From NCBI GenBank assembly GCA_013239625.1, contig MU054001.1, positions 1,739,884-1,802,366 of the forward strand: a stretch of 62,483 nt of DNA, read 5' to 3'. This DNA is from Lama guanicoe. Lineage: Eukaryota. The position numbers and the translations under genes were made by a program. Under the pieces are notes generated by a model. The model saw only the letters and a list, made by a program, of their open reading frames with translations, was not told the DNA's origin and searched no databases. Below, in pieces: positions 38,287-51,590 of this stretch. Within the stretch, counting starts at the first letter, position 1. Every line of letters begins with the position of its first letter.

Positions 38287-38450
38287 CTGTTTAAGAAAGC
38301 ATCTTGATCAGCAGAAGGACTATTTTCAGAAGTACAGGTAGAGAAAACATATTTAATGATGATCCCTCTGTTTAAGAAAGCATCTTGATCAGCAGAAGGA
38401 CTATTTTCAGAAGTACAGGTAGAGAAAACATATTTAATGATGATCCCTCT
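38287..38450. repeat. Perfect 81-bp tandem duplication in CHD9 intron
   Basis: 38287-38367 equals 38368-38448, plus 2 nt (CT) of junction overlap. Confidence 0.95.
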
Positions 38451-38618
38451 AGTAGAATATTCAAGTTTAACAACCTGGATATCAAAAAGAAAACAATCCA
38501 AATACCAGAAAACAAGTGTGTGAAGGAAGTAAGAGTAAGAGCAGGCAGCCATTTGCAGGAAAAGCATGCTGCACACCGCAATCGCAATCAGGTCCTAGGG
38601 CAATAAAAATAAACATAC

Positions 38619-38891
38619 GTCTTTGATTTTCACTGTAAACTCCTTTTCTCGTACATGCTTCTTCACCTTTGACATCTGTGCTGACTGATCATGTTCTTCT
38701 TTAACACCAGCACCTGGAGGAGTGGGAACGCTGGGCTCGCTGTATTCTGAAGCTGCACCAGAGCTGTCCAGCAGTTTTGTGGTATAGAAAGAAGCCACTG
38801 TATTGGCATCGTAACTTCTTCTAGCTGAAGGCCACTTCCCTTTCAGAACTGTTTGACAAATACTGTCCAACCGGTTGATCATCACACGATC
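38619..38891 (-). CDS. CHD9: CHD9 coding exon (alternative donor at 38667)
   Basis: tcccag|GATCGT...AAAGAC|gtatgt; 273 nt; DRVMINRLDSICQTVLKGKWPS...QMSKVKKHVREKEFTVKIKD. Confidence 0.93.
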
Positions 38892-39613
38892 CTGGGAAAG
38901 TATGAACAACAAAGGGTAATTTTAGTAATTAAGCCAGAATTTTTGGGATTTAACACCATTTGTGTATTTGGTATGCATACATATTCTCATGTTCATATTA
39001 CAACTCCATACAAATTCCCATTTGTGAAATTCAAAAATATTATATGATAAAGATATTTTTCTATTCTTTTGTTTTTATAACTGCAAAAGCAATAGAGGTT
39101 CATTGTAAAGATTTCAAACAACTCAGAAGAATACTGAAGAGTAGAGAGTTCTCCACTTCATTTCCCAACCTCACTCCTCAAGCCTAAGTACTCTTCTACT
39201 AGTCTGGTCACATACTGGAAGAACTGTACTAATACAATCTGAACTTCTACCACTGCATGTACATGTACTTCAAAGAACTTTTTTTTCTAGGTCACAACTG
39301 GCTATGGTCAATTTCTTCAAGGAGACTCACTTAAAAGGACTTATAAAAGCACTTGAATATTAACTTGTATGTGAACTTAAGTATTCATTATCTTTTCCTC
39401 TAAATAGTCTAAGGTTATGTTGAGAAACACATACATTTAAGGAGACCTAATTTACTTGATAGTAATATTTGATACTTTTAATGCCAATACCAAATGTCAT
39501 CCTACATTTTATAGTGATCATTTTTTCCCTACATAATATGAATTTCTATCATTAAAGTGATACAGAAAAATACTCAAAAAATGGCCTATTCCAGCAAGAA
39601 ATTATTCACTTAC

Positions 39614-39777
39614 CTTTGGCCAATACGAAGCTGCCAGCATGTATCCACCTTGCAGGATGTAAGCGGACTCTGGTGTCCCATTGTTCATCTGGAAACTATC
39701 CTGGGTCTCATCCTGGGTAGTGCTTAGTGATGCAACACTTTCTTCATCATAGGCTTTCACATGAGGGGCACCTTCTG
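39614..39777 (-). CDS. CHD9: CHD9 coding exon (NAGNAG acceptor; alternative start 39774)
   Basis: cttagcag acceptor ...TGGCCAAAG|gtaagt; 164 or 161 nt; EGAPHVKAYDEESVASLSTTQDETQDSFQMNNGTPESAYILQGGYMLAASYWPK. Confidence 0.93.
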
Positions 39778-40712
39778 CTAAGAATAATTATAACTGCTTC
39801 AAAAAGATGGCGTAACACAATTTTACATATAATCTTCAAATTTTATATAATTATTCAGATATATTTGAAAATGAAAAGTTAGAAGTAAAAAAAAAATTCA
39901 CCTAGAATAAAGAACTCATTATTTAAAAAATTAAAACAAAAAAGCATAATAAGTGGCTTTAAGGAGTTTAAAGACAAAGGGTTAAGAAAACATTCCTTTC
40001 TGCATGAAAATCTGACCCTTGGTTAATTCTCTAAATTCTGTTTCCCTGGAAATACATAAACTCCTGATTGATAAACTATATCTGGACTGGGAAGACACAA
40101 GTACGTAATTCTATAAGGAGGGGACCCTCATAATCGGGCATGCCCCTTGTAACCCAGAAAGTCATGCCTTTGGAGTTTTTCTAGGGGACTCTTGCTCCTG
40201 TGGGTACTAGAGTGGCTCCTGTGCCCACCTGATTTTGACTCACTGTCTTGCTCCTGAACTGCTGGACTGCTGGTAGAACATTTGCAGAGAAGGACCACCT
40301 AACATTACTCTACTGACAAGCTGTGGTTCCCATCTTAGATCTTTCTGAATAGGGCCAACTAGGGCTTTTGATACTCTTATAAGTCTGACTGGCAGCTGTT
40401 ACAGAATATAACCTTTATTTGTTCACTGATCAACTTGTTTCAGGAAAAACAAAACACTAAATTTAAGGCAATCACAAAGACATAAAATTGTGGCATAAAG
40501 TCTCTAATCCTCTGCCTGACTAACCCAATTGGCACTGTGAATGAATAGAGAGTATGAAACAGTAATCTAGTTGCCTTTTCAACAGCCCTGATCTGAGAAA
40601 AATTTGTACACATAAAATTTAAGCTAACAATTTTAAAAATGCTTAAATTATCTGAATCCATTCATTTTCCCTTGGAATGTTGTCTTAAAGAGTAAGCACT
40701 TTATGCATATAC

Positions 40713-41621
40713 CTCGCTTTTGGACTTCCTCTTCTTCACTGTCACTTTCTTCTGACGAAGATGAAGAGGATGATGAGGAAGAGGAGGACGAGGATGAGGA
40801 TGAAGATGATGCTGAAGAACAAGAGGAGGAAGAAGAAGAGCTAGAGCCTGATCGAGAGCGGGAACAAGAGGAGGAGGAAGATGAGGAAGAAGACGATCTG
40901 GAAGAACAGGATGATCTCTCAGAATCAGAGTCAGAATCAGAACTAGACTCTGATCCTCTTTTGTGGACTCGCTGTTTCTTAGAAGCTGGGTTTGGAGTTA
41001 GAGGCTCTGTTCTGGCTGCAACCATGCGTCTGTCTGTTTCACTTTTTCCACCAGATTTCTGGTCTCCAGGAGCCTGGGGTAAAACACCATTCTTTGGACT
41101 CACAGGCTCAGACTTTATTAGTGTCCTGGTTTCCTCAGAAGACATAGATTCCTCTTCAGAAGACTGAGGCTCCTCTTTAAGGTTTTCACTTTTAACTTTC
41201 ATATCCTCTAAAATAATACCTTTAGGATCTAGGAGCCTAGGTAGAGAGGTAAGAGGAGAAGCAGAAAGTGCTACTTGGTATTGCTGTAAAAGTGGGGTAG
41301 AAGTCCTCGAATGAGCCATCTTACTTTGACTGTAGTTCCTTTGAGCTGCCATAAATGAGAGTTCAGGGTCACGAAGAATGTGATAGTCTGTTCGGCTCAC
41401 CCCGTGTTTAGCAGCTCCAATGAGCAAGTCCCTATCATGAGGGCCACATTCCCACCAGACTGGTAAGTCTGGATTCGGATGGCAAAGCTTCAAGCGTTCA
41501 AACAGCTGTGGATGTCGGAGGGCCTGTTCCCTTACTTTCCTTAGAAGTTCGATGCGATACAAAGTCCTAGAAGCACGTTCTTCTGTGATTGGCTGGATAA
41601 AAATATTTGGATCCACCAATT
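40713..41621 (-). CDS. CHD9: CHD9 large coding exon with Ser-rich tract
   Basis: atgtag|AATTGG...AAGCGAG|gtatat; 909 nt; [25 protein letters not shown]...[22 protein letters not shown]...poly-Ser...EEEVQKR. Confidence 0.96.
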
Positions 41622-42269
41622 CTACATTGAAACAAGAGCAGAAACATTATCCTCAAAAATACTTCATTATATATTGAAAACAAATAATGCAACTTCTAAA
41701 ACATACCTCTACTCAGTATCATTGTATAATTTAACATTTTTAAATGAGAAGAAATGTAAGTTTTAAAAAGAAGTACTACATTGCAAATCAACTATACTTT
41801 AATAAAAATATGAAGTGCTAAAAATCATGTTAAAATACAATATATAACATTGGATCTACAGAAAGTTAAGTAAAACATTAAGATTATTTTGGGAGTACGT
41901 TTTATAACTAGGAAGTTACTTTTAAGAAATTCCCTAAGAGCTATGTCATACTATTCTGTTTTAATCAAAGAGAAGAACACTCAAGCTCACTTATAAATAC
42001 AAATGAAAACTGTTAAATAATGCTCCATAAACAAACCTAAGTTCATATATCCTTAACTGCAGGAGGTAACTCAGGGCGTTTCAGTGAACTCACAGGGACA
42101 CCAAAGGTTTTCTCAAAATTTTAGGTAAATAAAGGAACAATTGTTAAACACTATATGAAATTCTAGCCTGAGATAGTTCAGTTTCAACATCAGATCATAC
42201 TATATTCCTTTTGATGAGGTCATATCTTTGTGAGAGAGATACTGGCAGTTAGGAATTACTCAGAAAAAG

Positions 42270-43110
42270 ACAGAAGCTTGTTGAAATAATGTATACACCA
42301 CTTGAAGGAGTTCCTAATGGCCAAATTTCGAACAATGTGAACATCAAAATGAATACTGACAGTACTGGATTATAACCTACAGAATAAAAAAAACCCGTGA
42401 GTCCATACTAATATGAATAAATAATTAAGCAGACTAGGGAAAAGGAACAGCTCTTCCTTGCAGTAGAATCCATAGTAAAAACTGCTGGAGACAAGATCTA
42501 CAAAAAATTAACAGGTGAAAGTTTGAGGAGAAAGAATTTGTGTGATCTCAAAGTATCTTCTCAAGATATCTGTTAACTCTAGGGAAACGATAACAATTTT
42601 ACACTGGAGAAATGCAGCATAAACTACCTAAACCAAACAATTAAGGGCAGCATCATCAGTAATAAGACATACTGACATCATGAATCCCATGATACTACGT
42701 TCTGAGAAGGCCACAACATCGTTCTGTGGTACTCTTGCCAAACATGCATAACCTCAATCCAGTCATGTAAAAACACAAGACAAACCCAAATTGAGGGATT
42801 TAATGGTTAAAACTGACTGAAGATATCAAGGTCATTGAAGACAAAAAACCCAAAACCCAAAACAAACAGAAATCCCCCCAAAACCAAAACTGAGACACTG
42901 TTACAGATTGCAGGAGGCTAAGGAGAAAGAAAAGCCAAATATAACGTGGGATCCTAGAACAAAAAAGGACATCCGTGTAAAAACTGGTAAGATTTGAACA
43001 GATATTTAGTTTAGTTACTGGTACTGTACTAATGTTAATTTCCTGGGTCATGTAAGATTTTAACATTAGGGGAGGAAGAGTGAGAGATACTTTAAGGAAA
43101 CTCTCTGTAT
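42270..43110 (+). mobile_element. Ancient L1 3' UTR (L1MC-like)
   Basis: ttgccaaacatgcataacctcaatc...agacaaacccaaattgaggga...gggatcctagaacaaaaaaggacat motifs. Confidence 0.65.
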
Positions 43111-43467
43111 GGGCTTCAAAAACAATGAATTCACCCCAGAATCGTTCCTTAGCTGAGCTTTAGCAGCTCTGATTAGTTGTTTTTGTTTTGTTTTGTTTTG
43201 TTTTTTGAAGGCCCTGGTTTTTTTTTCCCTACTGAAACTCTTTAAGACATCTTTTGAGTGGATACCTCATTCCTTGCAAAATGATTTGTGTAAATAAGCC
43301 CTCTAACACAGTTCCTATGAGACGGACTAAAAATATAAATTAGTTCTGTTTAACCAAAGCTATCCTTTATCTTCCACCTCCCACAACCATAAATCTAATT
43401 CTAAATAAAAACACTTACTATTTTCTCAAAATTCAGTGTGTACCTTTATTTCTCTTTCAATCTCATT

Positions 43468-43610
43468 TCTTTTGTTTCTTTTTTGGGGGGATGGGGGAGG
43501 TAATTACATTTATGTATTTATTTTTAATAATTAATTTTAATTGAACCCAAGACCTCGTGCATGCTAAGCACACACTCTACTATTGAGCTATACACTTCCT
43601 CTCCTCCCCT
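43468..43610 (-). mobile_element. tRNA-Ala-derived SINE, diverged
   Basis: ttgaacccaagacctcgtgcatgctaagcacacactctactattgagctatac antisense head plus G-rich and T-rich tail. Confidence 0.8.
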
Positions 43611-43784
43611 CAGATCTTACTTCAATAACAGAATTAAAGAATAGGGGATCTTTAAGCAGAATTTACTTACAATTCATAAAAATCGGTAACATGTTAAACT
43701 AGTATTGAAATAAGAGTTTGAAATTTCTTTTACTAATTTTGCTTTTTTGAATGAAACAAGGAAAAAAAGAAACTTTATACATAC

Positions 43785-43987
43785 CTTCTTTGGAAGGAAG
43801 ACGACAAACCCTCCGACACATAGACATGAATGCATACAAGTATTTCTCCAGACTGTCATCAGTTTTCTTATGTAGCCTAGCCATAGCTCTAAATTTTGTC
43901 CAATCAAACTGGCCTCTGTCAGGATCAAATACCACTCCAAATGTAGATACAACTCTATAAAAGTCAGCTTCTTCTCTTCTTGTCCAT
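43785..43987 (-). CDS. CHD9: CHD9 coding exon (SANT-like region)
   Basis: aaatag|ATGGACA...AAAGAAG|gtatgt; 203 nt; [67 protein letters not shown]. Confidence 0.96.
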
Positions 43988-45449
43988 CTATTTTGAATCA
44001 AATTAAAGAGGAAGCCACATTTGTCACAGAAATAAATATTTATTAATGCTGAATATAATGGCTATAATACAAATTTAAAATATTTCAAGTACCTAACACT
44101 TTCAAGGATTAAATCCAGGGTTACTGCCTTGTAAACACGTTTTAAATGCTAGTTGACTCATCTATCCAACTATTTCTTTTCCTTCAGACAGTAATAGTTT
44201 TTTGCATATTTACTGTGTGAAAAAAATATGCATGGGATACAAGATTGTGTAAGACATGATGATCCTACCTTCAAGGAAAAGACAAAACATTTCAAACTTA
44301 TGTACAGTATAAGGTAGTATTGTATAGTGTTACAGAAACCAACAAGTTTAGGAAAGCACAGAAGAAGTAAGGATCGGTTCAAACTTGAGTGATCAAGAAA
44401 GGCATCACCGAGTAAGTGGCATTTAATACGGAACAAGGGTAAGATAAGGGAGGGAACTAGAAAAAGAGCACAGAATAAGCAAAATAGGAAGTAACCTACA
44501 TGTTCAGGGATGATGACTATTCCACAATGAAAAGGAGATGGCTCATATTGGGGACAGACGGAGATAGGCTTGGGGTCAGATTGTGAAAGGCTCTAAATGC
44601 CTGAATAAAACTAGCCTCCATTCAGTTGAAAGCTCCTGAAGATACTTTAAGAGGGTAATATCCTTGAGCACCATAGATCTGCAAATAAAGTCTATCTACG
44701 GAAACATTTTCCTGGTTAGCAATCAGTTTTTGCTGTGTAAATGAGAAAAAGCGTATGAAAAAGACCCTTGAAAAACCTTAACAGGCCATTTTTATCAGAA
44801 TGATACATTAAGAAGATTAATGATGATGTAAAAATAGTCAGTCTGGGAAACCAATCAGGTATATGAACCTTGCCCCTGGGTGATAAAAGTAGGAATAAAA
44901 ACAAAGGATAAATTCAAAGATTACAGAGGGCACACAAAACACTGACACCCACCTTCAAAGAATTTACAACTTACAAAGATAAGACATGGAAAGGAAAAGA
45001 TGAATGTCATTACAGTATCTTTTTTAATTTTGAAAATGAGTAGTTTTATTTAGGTAAGTGCTATATGACTGCAGAAAACAGAATACTGTGAGCTGGTCTG
45101 GTTGAGAAAAAAACTAATAGAGGATAAGGACGTGCGTCAAACTCTGAAGGAGTAGTGGGGCTAGGTATGGACTAAAGAGCAGGAAGAAGGGTATTCCAGG
45201 TGACATGAACAACCTACGGAGGGTACTGAGTCAAGACTAAATGGGACATTCAGGCTGAGGGAAAAGTAGTGAATAAATTTAGTGAATAAAATGAAACGCA
45301 AGCTGAAGCCTAAACTGAAGAGGCTCTTGAGTTGCGGCTTAAGAACTTCGACTTTATGCCTACAGTAAATTAGGAGCCACTGAATATCATATAAACTAAT
45401 ACTTTAGGAAAATTATCCAGATCTGCCAGACCGAAGGAAAATAAACATA

Positions 45450-45852
45450 TATGGTAAAGATGGCCACAAATTCTTTGCCACTCTTCCCTCCGAGAGATGC
45501 AACCTATTTCCCTTTCCCTTAACTCATGGTTGGCCCTGTGACTTTTTGTGACCAGCAGTAAGTGACAGAAGTGACACTTTGTAACTGCTGAGGCTGGGCC
45601 TTAAGAAATCTGCAGCTTCTGCCTTTGCCGCTTGGAATGCTCTCCCTTAGAATCTGAGCTCCCATTGGGCAGTCAGCACCAACGGCCAGCCATGTGAGGG
45701 AGGCCATTCTCAAACTTCCAGCCATTCTCACACTCCAGCCAGTATCCTGGGAAGCAGAAGAACCACCTGGTCAACCCAAAGAATCATGAGAAAAAAAAAA
45801 TTGATGCCATTTTATGTCACTTTATTTTGAGGTGGGTTAGATAACTGAAACA
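45450..45852 (+). mobile_element. MaLR MLT1 (F/G/H-like) solo LTR
   Basis: aaagatggccacaaattctttgccactctt...gcagccatgtgag-like core...gataactgaaaca end. Confidence 0.75.
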
Positions 45853-46606
45853 GTATATTCACGTAGGTAGTAGTATTTGAAGATTACATCTAGGATAGCT
45901 GAAATCTTAAGTTTCAGACTAACTAAATTCTGGTTACAATGAATGTGTTGCAAATGAAACAAAAGAGCAATGACTTATCTTTCAAAAAACACCCAAAGAC
46001 CCAAATTTAATAAAGAGGCCAGGTTACTGCTAGGCTTTCTTATTCTTTTCCATGTATTCTATCCTTTTTAAGAAGCTAAAACTTTCGGGATGAGAGAAGG
46101 TTGACTGTCTTCCTAACAGTCTCTTGCAAGAAGTTCTGCTACTATTCGTTTCCCTTTGACAGCAGAAGTTTTAAGTTTATGCCTCTGTATAAAGCATAGA
46201 TAAACTTCTTTTCTTAGATTCTTATATTTCATTAATGTCATAATAAAATAGGATACAATGAAATTTATTTCACATAATCTACGCATGTGTTTCACTGGTA
46301 ATTTAATTCTTGAGTTTGTACCTTCATTTTCCCTCCATACCTCACTATTAAAAAACATGACAAAAGAATGATTAAATATAAAGTATGACTAGTAACTATA
46401 AAATGCAATAATTATGTTAGTTTAACCATATTTGTATACATACATATTTGTGACTATATATTTCTGCACAGGTGTATATGTACACAAAGCACTTTGCATC
46501 GACCAACGCTACCTATGTGTTTTTCACAGTGAGATAATCATACTCTAACAGACCAGTACACTGTATTTAGATAATATCTATTAAAAATCTAGTGCTATTG
46601 CCTTAC

Positions 46607-46826
46607 CTCTGCTGTCTTTCTATCTTGGCTGCCATTTTGGGATTAAGAGTGGCTTCTTCATAAAGAGGCTGCATTACACTGGCAGGCACTGAGAAAGTAG
46701 GCTGTATTTGCTGGATCTGTCTGTTTTTATTAGTACGCTGATACGCAGTGATGAGCCGCCTTAAACGTGTGGTTAAAGCTGACTGAGTAGGCCAATAAAT
46801 TTTATCACCCTCCATCATTTGACCAT
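46607..46826 (-). CDS. CHD9: CHD9 coding exon
   Basis: atgtag|ATGGTC...CAGCAGAG|gtaagg; 220 nt; GQMMEGDKIYWPTQSALTTRLRRLITAYQR...AAKIERQQR. Confidence 0.95.
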
Positions 46827-48036
46827 CTACATTGAAAGAAATTCATGTCAATTAAAAAAAAAAACAACCCCAAAACTAAAAACCAAAACTAAACAAAAAA
46901 CTAAACAGATACTGCCATTAAGCTCACAAAAAACAGCAAAATTTCCTCAATTTTTTTCTCTGAATCTAATGTGAAAAACAAAAAACAAATCTCTTATCAT
47001 AAAAAAGTTTTAACTATAGCTCTAAAAGCGTTACAACAAACATTAAGAGCAAGCTCAAAGTAAAAAGGCCACAGTGGACTAAAGAACCACAGTGTTATAT
47101 ATTTATAGAGAACTTCATTTGCACAGAAAACACAACTCTTGGATTTCCAGGTCTAACACATTTTACTAGCAGACAAATACTCAATGCCTTAACTTAAAAA
47201 AATTAAAAGTCAAACTGAAATTCATGAGAAGTTGAATACTGTAAACTCTTCTAATTGAAACCTTCCATATTAAATTTATCTCAATTTAATTAGAATGAAA
47301 ACATTTAAAAAGTCATTAAGAAGGAACATGTATTTAAAAAATTCAATATGACAATGTGGTAACTTTTATGCTTTCATTTACCTAATAAAGTGTAAGATCT
47401 AACTCTCTATTTCCAAGGTGTAATATTACAATCATATATACACCATAATCAAGTGGTAATCATTTATGCTAAAAAAAAAACCCCAAAACCAAATTATTCC
47501 TTTATTCCTAGTAGACCTACAGGAAGGTGAGGCACTATTCCCCGTGAATGCCACTAGGAATGAGTGCACTCTAGTGACAGTATGGTTCTATCTTGATATC
47601 AGAATGAAGTGAAGCAAAAGCCTGTACAGAAAATCTTTGTAGAAATTAAGTGATAAAAGAATGGTTCCCAATGTGCATATTAACAAATGAGAAGTTAAAT
47701 GGATTATTAAATTAACACTAACGGTCCATTTAATGGTGAAAGCTCACATACCAGTTTAATAATCAAGTCATAAAATCATCAAAGCTTCTATTCTATAAAC
47801 ATTCAGTGAGTCACTGCATAAAGTTTTACTAAAATAATCTTTTAAAAATAATAATAAACTAAACCTACTGTTAAATTTCCAGTCAACTAGTACGTTCTAT
47901 AATGACTGCAACTGTCTTCAATAAAAATTTCACACACACTTGAAATATTATAGAAATGTATTAATTTACTGATTCCATGGTATCATGTTAATGTTCATTT
48001 ACAATAACACTAAGTAAAGAAATAAATGCTATTTAC

Positions 48037-48079
48037 CTCCATCTGCTATAACAAGATCTCCAGGTGAGGAAACATCATC
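48037..48079 (-). CDS. CHD9: CHD9 short coding exon
   Basis: taaaag|GATGAT...GATGGAG|gtaaat; 43 nt; DDVSSPGDLVIADG; needed to bridge phase 0 to phase 1. Confidence 0.9.
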
Positions 48080-48189
48080 CTTTTAAAAGAACACAGAAAT
48101 TTGTCACAGGGTAACTGGGTCAAGATATGATAAGAGAATCAATCTTCTTTATTAATAGAGGACTTCCTTTTGCAAAAGAATTTTAAAAA

Positions 48190-49800
48190 TTCAATTTATT
48201 TAAGGTAAAAAATCCAAAACCAAAAACACTTCACTCATTTCTCCCACCCCACTGCCACCCACTGCCTCTGATAACCACAATCTGTTCTCTATGAAGTTAA
48301 AAAAAAATTTTTTTTTAGATTCCACATATAAGAGAGATCACACAGCATTTGTCTTTCTGTCTGACTTATTTCACTTAGAATGATGCTCTCAAGGTTCATT
48401 CATATTGCTGCAAATGGCAAGATTTCATTCTTTTAAAAGGCTGAATAATAGTCCATTATATGCATATATATGTATCTCACAATTTTTTATCCATCTATCC
48501 AGTGATGGACACTTAGGTTTTTTCTATATCTTGGCTATTATAAATAATGCTTCAAGTAACATGTGATGGTGGTGTATGTATCTTTTCTAATAAATTACTA
48601 TTTTCATTGTCTTTGGATAAATACCCATAAGTTTGATTGCTGGATGATATGACAGTTCTATTTTTAATTTTTTGAGGAACCTCCATATTGTTTTCCATAG
48701 TGGTCGCACCAATTGACATTCCCACCAACAATGCACAAGGGCTCACTTTTCTCCACATTCTAGCTAATACTTGTTATTTCTAGTCTTTTTGATAATAGTT
48801 ATTCTAAAAGATGTGAGGTGACATATCATTGTGGTTTTGAATGTCATTTCCCTGATGATTAATGATGTAGAGTCTTTTCATGACCTGTTGGCCATCTATA
48901 CACCTTCTTTAAAAAGAAGCCTACTCACATTTTAATCAGATTGTTTGGTTTTTTGCTACTGAGTTGTATGAGTTATTTATATATTTTGGATATTAGCCCC
49001 TTATCAGATACATGATTTGCAAATATTTTCTCCCATTCAGTAGGCTGCCTTTTCATTTTGTGGATGGTTTCCTTTGCTGAACAGAAGTTCTCTGATGTAG
49101 TTCCACTTGCTTATTTTTGCTTTTGATGTCACATTTAAAAAATCATCAGCAGGACATATGTCAATGAGCTTACCACCTATGTTTTCTTCTAGGAGTGCTA
49201 TGGTTTCAGATCCTATGTCTTTCATCGATTTTGAGTTGATTTTTGTGTATGCTGTAAGATAGAGGTTTAGTTTCATCCTTTTAGTTCTGGCTGTCCAATT
49301 TTCCCAACATTAAGAAACTCTTCCCTCGTATATTCTTGGCTCCTTTGTTGTAAATTAAACATGTATGTGTGGGTTTCTCTATTCTGTTCCCATGATCTAT
49401 GTGTCATTTTTAATACCAATACCATACTGTTTTAATTACTACAGGTAATATACTTTGAAATCAAGGAGTGTAATGCCTCCACCTTTGTTCTTCTCTCTCA
49501 AGATTATTTTGGCTATTTGGGGTCTTCCGTGGTTCCATTCACATTTTAGAATTCTGGGGTTCTATTTCTGTGAAAAATACCATTGGAATTTTGATAGAGA
49601 TTGCTTTGAAGCTGTAGAATGTTTTGGGTAGTATGGACACTTTTTAACAATATTAATTCTTCCAATCTATAAGCACAGAATATTTGTGTCTTCTTCAATA
49701 TCTTTCAATAATATTTTATAGTTTTCAATATACAGGTCTTTCACCTCTTTGGTTAAGTTTATTTCCAGGTATTTTATTCTTTTTTGAATACAACTAATAG
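48190..49800 (-). mobile_element. L1 fragment (ORF2 3' part plus 3' UTR), same orientation as CHD9
   Basis: Decayed ORF2 peptides (MKLNLYLTAYTKINSK...LLEENIGGKL) and ttagattccacatataag 3' UTR motif. Confidence 0.9.
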
Positions 49801-49874
49801 AATAGAATTAAAAAAAAATTTCTCTTAGAATTTTGTTTTTTTCATTTTGTTAGTCAGAATTTATGATATATTCC

Positions 49875-50107
49875 TTTTTTTAATCGAAGTATAGTCAGTT
49901 CACAGTGTTGTGTCAATTTCTGGTGCACAGTATAATAATTCAGTCATACATATATACACATATTCATTTTCATATTCTTTTTCATTATAGATTACAAGGT
50001 ATTGAATATAGTTCTCTGTGCTATATAGTATAAACTTGTTTACTATGTTATATGTAGTAGTTAGTATCTGCAAATCTCGAACTCCCAATTTATCCCTTCC
50101 CATCCCC
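49875..50107 (-). mobile_element. Cetartiodactyl-type L1 3' end fragment
   Basis: Reverse complement of the element type at 1373-1610. Confidence 0.85.
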
Positions 50108-50989
50108 AAGATTTATTTTTTTCTCTTAGAATTTTTAATTATTAATTTGCCAAAAATAAAAATTCTAATTTCTTGTTCTCAATTCTTTTCCTTTCACACT
50201 AGTCTATTGCTACTGACACTTTAGACCAGTAATTATTTATTGAAATTATTTTCTCTTCTGTGATTACTTTTAGGTCAGTTTCTTTTTCCCTATCCTTCCT
50301 CTAATTGCAAATACGCCTCAGGTTTTATTTACAATTGATTTATTTTTGTTTGTTTACATATACCAAGTTTCATAATTTATTCTTTCTCATATTCGGTTAT
50401 TAGATAACCTGCAAATGTTTTCTTTTTCTGCCTTGAACACTCTGCTTGTGCTATATTATCTTATTTTTATCTGTCGACAGAGCATCTCCAATTAGGTATC
50501 TCAACATTACTGTAAATAACATACTCATAACTTTGGTGATTTTATCCCAGTGACTACTAGTTTCAACTGCTGTTTTAGAAAAGCCCAAAGTTAGAACTAG
50601 AATCATTCCTTTGTAGGTGGGTCTCCTATCTCAAGTTGCTTTTGAAATCTTCTCTTTGTTTGGTATGTCTGTACTTCACCTGGTGTTTCTTGAAGTGGAT
50701 TTAGTCACATTTATTCCTGCCAAGATTCACTTTACTTTTTGAATCTGACGATTCATGTATTTCATCAAGTCTGAAGAATTCTTAGCTAATAATCCGTAAA
50801 ACAGGGCTTCTCCCTTATGCTCTCTAGTCTCTCCCTCTGGAATGCCTAATACCCACATGCCAGACATTATCATGCTATAATCTTTTTATCTAAAAACCTT
50901 TTTATTTCATTGTACTGCTTTTTTATTTGTTGCCTCTCAGCTCTAAATATACTCCCTCTCATACCTTTTGCTAGTTCTAAGAAAAAACA

Positions 50990-51590
50990 GATCTGGGCTC
51001 TTAATTTTTTCTGGGCCAGCCAGAGTGGTGTTAAGCTTTGTCAGTAGTAGGAGCCAGAGAAGAAATAGGTTCTTCTTCCTGGTTCCTGTGAGTTCCTCCA
51101 TTCTCAGCCCCCACGGCACATGCAGGGTCCTCAGTGCCCAGCTCCTGCAGTTCAGGCAGCTTCTTTAGCACCTCTTGGCCAGTAACTTCCCCTGAGCAAC
51201 CGCCCCTCTGGGTGGCTTTGTAATGGAATGCCTCCAGTGAGACACTTCTCCGGGAAAAGCTTCTTTGGCAACCTGAGAGGGTGGATTTCCATGAAGTTGC
51301 TCAGGTGTGGCAACATAGCAACATTTCTACCACCTAGTGAGCTATGGCCACACCCTCCCCAAAAGGTCAGGATCTCAACCCTGATGGGGACAAGGCCCTT
51401 TGCTTTGTGCTGTATCTTAGCCTTAGGAGTAGTGGCTATCCCTATATTCTTAAGAGTTCTCTTTACTTCCTACTAGTCCATCTCTCATTATTTCAATCCC
51501 CCATAACAGTCAATAATTCTTTACATTAAACTTTCCCTGTTCAAATTACTATGTGTTTTCTCTCTCCTGATTGGCCCCAACTGTTTCATC
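50990..51590 (+). mobile_element. Probable ERVL-class solo LTR inside an old antisense L1
   Basis: GC-richer block ending cattaaactttccctgttcaaattac...ctctcctgattgg (poly(A) signal plus U5-like end); flanked by decayed L1-like sequence. Confidence 0.5.

Noticed and set aside
38250..38606. ORFs with a 27-aa internal repeat, and a C-box-like ATGATGA in the 81-bp unit
   Set aside because: The peptide repeat simply follows from the DNA duplication. The C-box motif is antisense to the host gene and lacks a D box and terminal stem, so it is not a snoRNA.
40703..41167. 154-aa acidic ORF on the plus strand
   Set aside because: Antisense shadow of the CHD9 poly-Ser tract (TCx codons read as GAx).
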